From Callorhinchus milii (taxonomy: Eukaryota): 64,000 nt of DNA. The notes beneath the pieces were generated by a model, which was not told the origin of the DNA, did not search any database, and was given only the letters and a program-made list of their open reading frames with translations. Shown in pieces: positions 39,601 to 51,600 of this stretch. Every line of letters begins with the position of its first letter. Position 1 is the stretch's first letter. Location of the stretch: positions 78,368,001 to 78,432,000 of the forward strand of contig NW_024704743.1 of assembly GCF_018977255.1 (NCBI RefSeq), given 5' to 3'. The translations under genes were made by a program, and so were the position numbers.

Positions 39601-42600
39601 CACGATTCTCTTTTAAATTCCATCAACCAGTATTTTAATGTAAACAAAATTGACAGATGGATATTATTTAGTACTCTGAGTATATCACTGTGCGCAATTG
39701 CCTACCGCACTTCATCCACAAAATGTGCAGTTAATTCACTTTACAGTATATTCTGTGAAGCGCTTTGATACACCTCAAACATTATATGCCGCTACATCAA
39801 ATGCAAGGATAATTATTATTATTATATTGAAATATCAGGCAGAACACAGCTTATAGTTAGGAAATGCACAATTGTTATGGAAGGTCTTGATTTTGGATGT
39901 CTAAATCCTTTGATGGCTGCAAGGTTATTTCAGTTTTTAAAGACAGTCTTAAAATATAACATAATAACATCTATTATAAATAACAAAAAAAATCTTAATA
40001 TAGTCTGTTCTGGGAATAAAAGATAATTCAATATTTTAAATGCATCATTCACTGTTCTAATCAGCATTTTCTGGTACTGAACAGTGAACAATGTCTGCAA
40101 TGAGCAATGGGCAGTACTTACAGGCTGTGAGCAAGAAGCTGTTGCAAATTCAAATGAAAACTAACAAAAAAAAGCAACAATCATAATGATCAGTTAAAAA
40201 TATGATATATGAGTGACGATGATGCAATGAGCTAAGTGTTAATGGTGAGTATGAATGAATGATAATACAGTGTATCGCTTTTAAGGTGAAAGTGAACTCG
40301 GTTTTCTTTTACTGTAAACTTTAAATAGTTTACTCACAAATACAATCCTCTGGCAAGTGTTCTGAACCACATGTTGCTGTGCTATGAAGAAATCCAGCTT
40401 GGAACATTGCACCTGGACAGCTCCAATCCTGCAGTGTATTTTAGGTAAGGTGATATCTCAGTGAACTGACTGCACATGGATCAGTTTTCGCTTTGTAATG
40501 TTTGACAGAATTGTGCCTCACAATACGTGTTTTTATATATAAATATATGGAAATATTATAATATATAGAAATAAACGGTTCTAATTTTGAAATTCCATAT
40601 TTATGTATTTTTTAGGTTAGAAATGTGTTTGCTTTTCCTGAGTACTGTGAATGTTCAGTTTCAAGTCCTTTGGGGCTTATTTAACTTTCTGATTATCAAT
40701 AAATTACTACCTCTTCCCATCTAATGTTGGCATTTAAAAACACATTTTGTGTTTTTTTTCATATTTTGACATTATTCCATCCAAAACAAGAGTTCAGTTG
40801 TCCTTAGGGATTTTCCACAGCAGTTTGTCAGGACCAACAGGAGAATGTATCAGATTCATCACCTATTCCTGCAATATTCACAAGTCTTTTGTAATCCTAG
40901 GAACTTCAGAATGTTTGAACATTGTTGTTAGAGTTGAAACTGTCAGAAATAATTTGTGATCGAACTGATTGTGGCAATGTGCCCTTCAATGTGAATCCTG
41001 GGTTTTAGTAAAGTAGTTCAAATCAATGTGTAAAGGCATATTGTTCCAAATTTTTCAAAGAACAAAAAATTATAGGTTCAAAGGTTTTTAAAATCAGGTG
41101 TAAATGTTTATGTTTCCACACAAGCAAGTATAGAGCATCACTGGCAATTTAAAATGAACATTAGTCTTAATTGATGAGAAAAATCAAAGGGTTGAAATTC
41201 AACCATTAAGTCTCTACTACAATTATTTAATCAGTTTAACATTCCAGATGTTGTTCAATGGTGGTCATCTATTCTGAATTGGTCTTAAATAAGTTTCAAT
41301 GTTAGCTCAAGAATAGTTTAAATATGAAGTGCATTTTCTTTTCGATGTGCCAAACAGATTTGAGCATTAAGAAATATATCTTCACTCCTCCTGAAGAGTA
41401 GCAAAGAGAAGATGGTGTAGAAGAGCAATGTGTTGATGGTCATGTATGTTGAACTGCATAATGATGAGGGGCCCATGGGTTCCTAAACCAAGTCATATTA
41501 TCACAAGGCAAGGTGAGCATTGGTGAAGTGTCAAAATTTGGTGGGTGGGTTTGTCTTGGGCTTTTCTTGATAGGCCTAGCAATTGGATCAAGAGGCAACT
41601 GGTAGTGCACGACTCACAGATTATCCATCTGTCTCTTAATGAGAATGGTGTGTGGCACAAGACACAAAGTCAAATAAAATTACCAAAGGGAGAACAGAAG
41701 AGAAACATGGGATCATTGAAATTATGCCTTTCTCCTGCTCCTTGTCCCTCCATATCTAAAAGCTGTTGATTACAGAACACATTAAAATATTAGGCGACTG
41801 AATTATTTTCGGCTGCAAGGTGTGTTTGGTTTGAAGACCAAGGTTCATTCCAACGCTTCCTTCTTCATTTTACTAACGCAAACACATATTTTCTGTTTTA
41901 TTGCATGCACTGGTGGCAGCCCCTGTCAGCCTTGTCACGTACCTTCCTTCTGTCCCACATCAGGGACTGGCAGCAACTCCTCCTCCACCTGCGGCATTTC
42001 TCTGGAATAGCTGAATGGGAATATTCTTGTGCTGGTGATGACCTCTTTGGCAGTAGTATAAGAAACTGTCGGGGTAGTGTAAGGATAGCCTTTATTTGTG
42101 CTCATCTCTACCGCGGGCCCAGTGGAACCAGTTTCTGAAATGTCTGGATATCCAGAAGCGATGGCGTAAACGTCATCAGGATCTGGTACTAACATTTCAG
42201 GATAAAGTCCTGATCCACTTTCAGTAATATCTGGGATATGTGTTGCTGTGATTACAAAGTCATCGCCAGACATTTCTTCCTCAAAGGGAACGCTTCCTGA
42301 CTCGATGAATTCTGATGGCTCTCTGTGTAAGTCTCCAGCTACTGACCCTTCAAAGGCATGCTTGTCACCATCTCCTAAAGGAAAAATAGTTAACTTCAGC
42401 AGCAACCTTGAGTAAAGCTGGGTTTGAGGAGTTACAGGGCATTTAATGAGGATATTTAAAATGGAGTTCAACCAGAGGCAACTGTATTGAGGCCGGAAGT
42501 CTCAGGAACTTCACCCCGATGGTTTGTTAAAGTGTGAAAGGCCAAGAGAGTTCATGCTGGCCACTGTTCACTCCAACAATACAAATTAAGCAGATAGTGA

Positions 42601-45600
42601 TTATAACTGAATTAGCCTAGTACTCTACATACAAAGGTGACGATTTGGGTGGCAACATTGCCTGCCAGGGGAAGCGCTGTGTAAAGCTTCACTGCCGATA
42701 TGCAGTAGTGATTTTCAATTGATGCAACAGGCTGGGATTCAAATGCAATAGCTCTTGTGTTCCTAGTAGCGGTCTAGCATAAGTGCTAGCAACTCATGCG
42801 ATGTTACTCCAATCTGTGAGTCCTGTAAAAGGCTGGCAGGCCGGATTCCAGGATTACAGAATATAGGCTCTGGTAATGAGTAGGTTAATCTTATCCAATC
42901 CAATGGTCTTTATGGTTTTGGATTGACTGCACGTAGTCCAGAAGCAAGAGATGAGGCTTCTCTGCAGTCCAAACAGCAATGTAATATTCCATTACAGAAT
43001 AATCTTTGTACAACATTGATGCCAAAGGAGACCAGCAACATTAAGGTTTCTCAAAATCTCCAACTTTTCTGTCTGTTTTTCCAGTTGTCATTTTCAATAA
43101 ACGTTTAACATATTCACACAGCCTCTAATGGTTTACCAATTGTCCACATTTTGATTTAGATACTTGTTTTTACTCCAAGTTTGAATATTATGAATATTAC
43201 ATTGGTCATTATATTAAAGATTTCAGTACCAAACTATACCTCATATTTTTATAGTAATCTCAAAGAAAAATAACTGCATGATGACCTACTACTGTGACAA
43301 TAAATCCCTTCAGCTATCAATCTAAACCTGCAGGACACAAATCTAATGATATTTGGCATTAGAAAAATCCCCTTTTTATCCTTACCACATTCCACTCCCA
43401 TCTGTATGATTTTGCTCAAACGTTTTAAAAATATATTTTAAAAATAGAAAACATACTCAGTAATATGTTTTTGATAGGAAAAATGTTAATGAAGGATCTA
43501 ATTATTCATAAGATCTACACATCACTTTCAAAATATATTACATCTTCTGTCATTTCTCTAACTTCTATTACGCAGGAAGCTGTTTGATATAGACAAACAG
43601 AATAAATGTTTCCCTTGAAATTCACATGTATTATCAGGATGTTTGCACTGTGGACTGGTTAGTTATGAGAAGCCCAGCCAACCCAAGACAGCAATCTAAA
43701 ATGAGCGTAAAAGCATTTCTGAATTATACTGTACAGGATATGTGGGTGTACTTGTGAATTTTTCACAAGTTCAGCTCAATGGAAAGAAATGAGAAAATGA
43801 GATGTTGAAAAATAAATGAACACAGACAACCTCAGTACTGTACCACAAAAATCTTCAACATTGACCATCTACCAGAGAATGCCTTCAGGCAGACTGCAAG
43901 TATTTTTCCACCATCTGTCTTCCAGTTTCTTAATGGACCAATATGATGCAACAGTCTTGATGTTAAGCAATATGTGTGTTTGATATAGACTGAGCTAGAA
44001 ACTTAATAAAATTATAAAACAATATCTCCTACAATAAACTGCAAAACATCAGAAAAATATCATTAAATATAATGCAAAACACTTTCTATGCATTTAACAT
44101 GCTCTATATTATCTCCACGTGATCATAAAACAAATATCAATACATTTGTTATAGCTTTACCTGATTTAGCAAAATAGAAAACATTTAGAGAAAATCTGGA
44201 AATTGGGCTGTTAGTTGCATGCTGCAGGCATTAAATTGAACACAGTTAAATTTAAGTACTTAAAATCTTTAGGCTTAATATTTAAATCAATTGTTTTGTA
44301 ACCACCTAATTGTGACATTAGCAGAAAGATAAATTCCGTCATTCGCCTCCACATGCATTTGAGTGGAAAACAAAGGTATCATTGATATTAGGAAGACAGG
44401 GTTGTCAAAAGTAGCCACATTTCTGCAAAATAGATCACCAAAATAGTGTGTTAATGCTTTATATGTGTTAGATAATAAAAATCTTTCAGGTTTCAGACAT
44501 GGAAAAGTTGCCCCAGTAATGATTGGGTATGTGCTCAGGTGATCAATCTCAAGTGATTTCGAATTACTATATTTTAATAGAAATAAAATGTAATTCCAGG
44601 GAACAATAAAAACAAATAGGACACATAAGAGAAACAACGAACTTTAAATTAATTGATAATAAATGTAAGCTGTTCAATCTTTACTCACCAGAAACATAGC
44701 CGGAATACTCTTCACAACTAACATGAAGTGAATGCAGAACAATGAGGAAATAAATAATTAGACACAGTTCACGTATCCTCCCAGGTATGGTAAAAATCTG
44801 CAAGTTTGGGTTAAAAACGATATAAGAATTAGATAATTGGTTTGACACACTAAATTATAATATTGTGCTTCCATCTCTGGGACATGGTTGCATTTTGTAA
44901 TTTGCCCAACTTCCACAAGCCTGGTCAGTGAATCATCCAGCCTTTCTTTCAATCTAGCATGACTACATTCAATTATAATATTGAAATCAACTGATCAATA
45001 ATATATCTTAGTTAATGACAACGAATCAAACAGCTTCTTTGAAGGGTGTCTGGATAATATGGATGAAATAATAACCATTGGCAATCAACAAGGCGCTGAA
45101 CAAACAGTTGGTTCAAAAACATCCATAATTTACGTGTTCAGCACATATATCTTTTGTGTGTAATTGAATGGATTGGCATAATTGATCACAATTACAGGTG
45201 TTTTGTATTGTTTTAAGATAAAGGAAGAGCTAGGTTTGAGATTGATTCTTGCACAAATTTTCTTTTAAAGAGCAAAGTGCTCTTCCATCCTCAAGTCATT
45301 TGTGAACTAATCATTTTCTCTATTGACGAGAGATATTTTAATTATACATTTCTTGATGCCAGATTGAGAATTATTACAGTTGTAAATTATTTATCATCAT
45401 AAAAACCTTTTTTTAAACCTATGAATAATATGAAATCCTACATTACTGAGTTTCTTAAGGGATGCAACAGAAAGAAAATTGTGAAATTCTTCCTGACTAT
45501 GAATGCAATCAAGTGAAGCTGAGGACAGCAATCTAACATTATTCAATCTATTGCATTTGACAGGTAGCATTCCTTTGCTCAGCAGTGGATCAAAGTGTAG

Positions 45601-48600
45601 TGTTTTCTTACAAACATCCCTAAACTTTCCATCTGTTTTATGACTTGGAATCACAAGCTCCTTTTTTTAAAATAGTCACCAAGGAACAACATTACTGTAA
45701 TGGTGGAGCATATCTTCCATATTATACTGGAGTTACTGAACTCAAATGTACTCTAATGGGAAGAAACCAAGTGAATGCCCAGCACTCACAAAAGGGTGAG
45801 AAAAGTACTACCACCAGCTGTTCTTCCATATCTCCTAGCTGCCAGTTACAGTGGCAGTCTGATGGGAGGAACTTGTCTGCCCTCCCATTTAGCTATAGAT
45901 AGTGCAGAACATAGGGAGACGCAGGAGTTTCTATTAGGTGTAAAACAAAACATTTAAAATGTGTGAATCTGAACAGCTTGCTGGAGACAGGCCGGAAAAT
46001 AACCATCCTGATACAGCAGCAGTGATATCTTAAAATTAATGTGTTAACATTAATAATATTGTTTTTATTCTCTTACAGCTAACTAACTCCGTGCCTGGAA
46101 TCCACCTTGACTGGGCTGCAGCGAGGCAAGCAGCTGTTGCTTAAACTCCGCACCTACAATTGGTGGAACCATTTCTCAATGGGAAGGCATGGGTGCCCGA
46201 GTTGCAGACATGAAGATAGTGGCAATGCTCATTTCATGCTGAGCTGTGTTGCTCACTGGGAAGCTCGCAGGGAGTTCCTTGTACCTACCACCCACCTAGT
46301 GAGGGCTCAAACCCACGCTTGTCAGATGTCGAATGACCAACGGGGTCTCCTTGGAACTGAATTCGCTCCAAGGTGACATTCTTGGCAATGGGATGTTAGA
46401 TTCGAGCCAGCCCTCTGTGGCTGGCTTGGTAGTCCAGTTCCTGAGTCAGGCGGGTTCACAGTACAGCCAGCCTGGCTCATCAGCAGGACCTGGAAGGGCA
46501 GACCAGTCAAGGTAGGGAGTCATCCTCAGCTCCTATTAACCCTGCAAGCCAAAGCCCTAATGTGTAGGGTGGTCCTAGCTAGACAAGCAGCAGGAAAGCT
46601 TGCCAGACAGCAGTATCAATGGCAAACTATGCAGTTTAGCTGGTTAGATTCCAATGCACGCTCTGGTGTCCCCAGGTCTTGGCTCTTGTCAACCTGCGCC
46701 CAATACTTTCTGAATTAGGTTAGCAGGATGCGTCCCTCCAGGGAGAGATTGCGCATTCCATTCCAACAATCTATCTCTGGAATTTCCTTGTGTAGGTGGG
46801 ATATATGGAAATCTCAGTTTGGTTTGGATACTCTTAAGCATGATGATAGGTTTCTGCATGTGCCAGATACCCGGCTGACCAAACAAAAATCATCCAAAGG
46901 AAATTTTGGGTGTTTACACTTGTTTACATACCATCTTAAAAGTTGAAAATAGGAAATTCTCTCAATTGTATATAATTTTGCTAATTCGGCTGAAATTTTC
47001 ATTTTTGACACATTTCACTGAGTTTTAATTTTTTTTAAATATTTCTAGATGCCCTTTTTGTATAAAACAAAATTAGACTGTCAAAGAGGGAATTTTTTTT
47101 GTGTTCACAAGGAAGACCTTTTAAAGTCAGTGATGACAATATGGGACAGTTTACCACTCTATTAATTCTGGATAGAGCTTGCATTTTATAGGTATTATCA
47201 TGTTGAAACATCTTTAGTACTTAACAAATCATTACGATTTTTACAGGTTAACATGATAGGAATTTGTTCCAGAATGATCCAACAACAGGAATGAGATGAA
47301 TAGCCAATTAATTTGATTGCCAGGACACCAAATGATATTCCCTTCTCTTTTGACAGTATGCTATCACATAGTGACCTGGGATCTTTAGTGTCTACTTGAA
47401 CAGATAGAACAGTGTTTAGTTTGAAGTCTCATCCAAAATAAGCCACCTCCAACACACAGGTCCAATACTTCTATATTGTAGTGTTCTTCTGGGGGATTTC
47501 TCACAGAATTGAAAGAACATGGCAGTGAATAAGATATTCTGGGAGGAAATAGTTTTGTATAAATTGACATTAAATCCTATAGGGAAAACAAACCTCCTTT
47601 TTTTGGTTTGGGGATTTTTATTCCCACTCAGCAAAATAGATGTGACAATATTACAATCTGGATGTACATTCTACATATCTTTTCATTGGCATGCAGGGTC
47701 CATTCACCTGAATAAAAAAAATAACTTTCTTTCAGTATATGTAATCGATTACAAGACTTTTTAAAAAACATTTCTGCTGTTTGGCAACAATATAAGTATT
47801 TGTGTTAATCATAAGTAAAATTGCTATTCAGATGCTTACCCAGCAATATCAATCATAGCATTTGATATAGGCTTTTCATGCCATCCGAACTCTTCACAGG
47901 ATTTACTGTGAAATATGTGGCCATGTATTTTAGGCAAACATGGCAACCAATTTGCACACAGCAATGTCCCACATACAGCCACAAAGTGATTGTCGAATAT
48001 TTTTTCTCTGAATACTTGTCAGCACAATGGGAGAAATTCCCTTCTGTTTTGAATTGTGCCATGGCTAAATGTCCACAGGAACAGGCAGATGCAAACTTGG
48101 TTTAACATCTTATCCGACAGACAGCACCTCCAACAACTTGCAGGGTAGTGTCTCAGAGCGCTTAACAGTGGCGGAGCCTGACTCTGAGCCGGGGAGAGGT
48201 GGCCGTAAGCACGGATGAAGGAGAACGTTTTCAGGCAGGACTTGAAAGAGGGGAGAGGGGGCAAGGCGGAGGGATTGAGGGTGAGTGTTCCAGTGTTTCG
48301 TGGTGTAATGGCTGAAAGCATGACTTCCAATGGTGGGGCCGTGGGTGCGAGGGACGAGCAGGAGACCAGTGCCAGTCAAGTGATTGGTGCCAGTTGAGGG
48401 GAGTGAGGAGGTTGAAGAGGTAGGGAGGTGCCAGGGAGTGAATGGATTTGAACATGAAAACAATGCAGCACACCCGGAATGTCAGTCTAGAAAAAGTCAT
48501 TGTCTTCAAATACTATAGTTATTCATTCAACTATTTTCATATCTATACTTTTTATTGTAACTGTACAATGCATGTACTTCTCTTTCTATGTTGCTACTAA

Positions 48601-51600
48601 ATTACTATGCATTTTACATGATTCCAAATGATTCAATTGAAAGCACCATGCAGATGTGCCATGGCGTCATTTGTATAGCTCCTTTCACTTTGTGAAGTCC
48701 TAAAGCGCTGGACAGTCAGTGTTTTGGACCTGACCTCGGGGTCGAGAATAGGGAGGATCGGGGGGGGGGGGGGGGGGGGGTAAGGAGGGTGACTGAAGGC
48801 ATGGCCGAAGAGGAGGGTCTTGAGATGGTTCTTGAAGGAGGCAAGGTAGGAGTCGATGCGGAGGGACTGCGGGATGGAGTTCCAGAGTTGGGCAAGTGGC
48901 AGAAGGCCCACTCGCCAATGGTGGGGCAGGCAAGGTGGGGGACGTGACGCAGGCTGGAGCTCACTGAGCAGAGGATGCCAATGGTTTGGGGTTAGGAGGT
49001 CGCAGGGGTAGGTGGGAGCAAGGCCATGGAGGTCTTTGAAGGTGAAAACCAGGATCTGGAAGTGTATTTTCTGTGTGATGGGAAGCCAGTGGAGTCGGGC
49101 GGGGATGGGGGTTCCAGATTGGCTTAGTAAGGTGGAGTGTGCAACCAAGGATAATGATGCTGTCAGCGCCTAAGGTGAGGAGGCGCTGACAGGAGCCAAT
49201 CAGGAGAGCCTCGGTCTTGTTGACGTTCAACTGAAGAAAGTTGGCTCTCGGGACAACAGTGGTCCTGGAGTCGAGGATGGAGGCGGAGAGGTAAGTTGGG
49301 TGTCATCCGCATACATGTGGAAATTGATCCCATGTCTGCGGATAATGTCACCAAGAGGGAGCATAGAGATATTGAAAAGGAGGGGACCAAGGACAGAGCC
49401 CTGAGGAACTCCACATGAGACAGTGTGGTGGCTATAGGAGAAGTACATTTTTAAATTCTCAAAACCGACCAAATACATGCTAGAAGGGCAAACAACTACT
49501 TAAATCACAGCCATAGGGAGTGATATTGTATGAGTTCAAGATTGCAAACCCACTGCAATACATTGTGTTGATGTCAAACCAAAATGAAAAATGATCACTT
49601 CCACTGACAGTTCTTAATGCTCCTTCTTACAGCTTTTAAAACTAGAGAAACCTCAATCAATATTCCTTCATGAAAACAAATGCTGTATAACTTAACTAGA
49701 TGAATGAAAGATTTTAGGTATTTGTAAATGTTTGCAGGTGACTTGGGTGGAAAGCTGCAAATGGAATTCTTTATCATTCAGTTTAAGCAATAATGGCAAA
49801 ACTTGTACCACTGGAAACATTTCACATGCAGGATTAACATTTCACACTTAACAAAAATTGACCTTCATCGATGAGGACCAAAGAAGCTGTTTCAGCATTG
49901 CTTTGACTGTTTAGGTTAAAGTTTGCTCACTCCACCTTGTGAAACAAACAAAGCCTCTATTAGTTCCAATATAGACAGGTCTTTCTTCTATGGACTCCAC
50001 ACCCAATTTAAAATTGTGGTTAAATGTCACAAAGCACATTCTTTGTTAGGGTAACGGTCTAACTTTCCCTATATTAACATAAATTTCCATGCATGTATTC
50101 AAATAACACTGTCCATCAAGATATCCTGAATATATGACAATAGAAACTGGAAAAACTTATTTACAAACTCAATACCTAAATACAAAATCTCTAATTTGAC
50201 TCAGATATTACCAATAAACCTCCTTAGGATTTTTTAAAGTTAAATAGCTTATATAAAGATCTTATATATATTATAGCTTTTTTGAAAGTTATAAATAATA
50301 TAAACCTAGACTCATTATAGAAAAATATTCATAAACTTTTAGTACAAAAAAAAAGAAACATGTTTGTCGCTGAATGAAGACCAAATTGTTCGCTTTGCTT
50401 CTTAACATCTCTCCTGTACTAAAACACTTTGGTTTTCAATAAACCAACAATCTGACAAACATCCTTAAGATTTTAACAATACAGACAGGAAGATTTGTGA
50501 AACGAGAATATTCAAGCTCTTCTCTTCCAATTTCATTCATTTTTATTAAAATTTCATAATGGTGAAAGTACTCTATATATATATATACAATAGATATATA
50601 TATACACATAGATATATATATATATACACACACACACATACATAGTATATATTTTTAAAAATCACTCCCCCCAAGAAATTGACTGCTAGAAATAGTATTA
50701 TAAAAACCTACAAATTCATACTATGCTCAATATCAGTCACAAAGAACATTTTGATCGTCCTAAATAGTTAAAAGCCTTTTATTTTCACATCATTACGAGC
50801 TTCAAAGTAAACAAAAGATTTTAAAACTTTTATCTTCTCATTTGATATTCAACAAAATATTTATGGTTTTAAAATATCAATGCTAATATTAACCAAAACT
50901 GCTGAGACGTAAACATATTCTTCTAAATAGAGCTATATAAGTTGACTTTACTGGAAAGATTTTAGCCATGGAATACATAAATATACATGTACACATATTG
51001 TTCAATTAATTTGGAGCTATGCTTGGATACTGTTAAGTATGGTGATGGGTATCAGTGTATCAAGACATCTGGCTTCCCAAAAACAAATGCATTCATATTT
51101 TTTGTGATATATTCTATATATTTTAATAAGATACATTAACATTCATAATATGCCACAATACATTACCAAACTCCCACTTGTAATTTTATAAAGAATATAA
51201 TATGGGTCTCTTCACCAAAGTGATTGGGTGAGCTCAGACAATCTGGAATCTTTTCTTCCATATGTAGTTTTCTGCATTTGGAAATTGTAGGTTCTATCAC
51301 TAAAAATTGTGCTCATCTCAATTCATTTACTTTAATTCATTGTACTGTCAAATAATGGAAAAAAAGCTTAACTCTATTCCACATCGCTATGTTGCGGGCC
51401 AGCCTTGGCTGTTATGTACAACAATTGATCTAGGACCTATGATGATATTGTTTATTGCATTTAATGCCAAGTACATATAATACAAGCTGTGGTGTTCTTC
51501 ATAAGCTAAACATACTCTTGTCCATAAACACAAACAGGCACTTTAAAGGAAACAAGTATTTTAATTGTCAGGAAGGTGGTCTTAATCCAACATTTTAACT

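Noticed and set aside
40122-40160. 39-nt exon-like segment with strong splice sites in collagen intron 4
   Set aside because: It is open in phase 0, but in the required phase 1 it reads TTC ATT TGA (stop), so it is not part of the main ORF. It could at most be a cryptic or poison exon.
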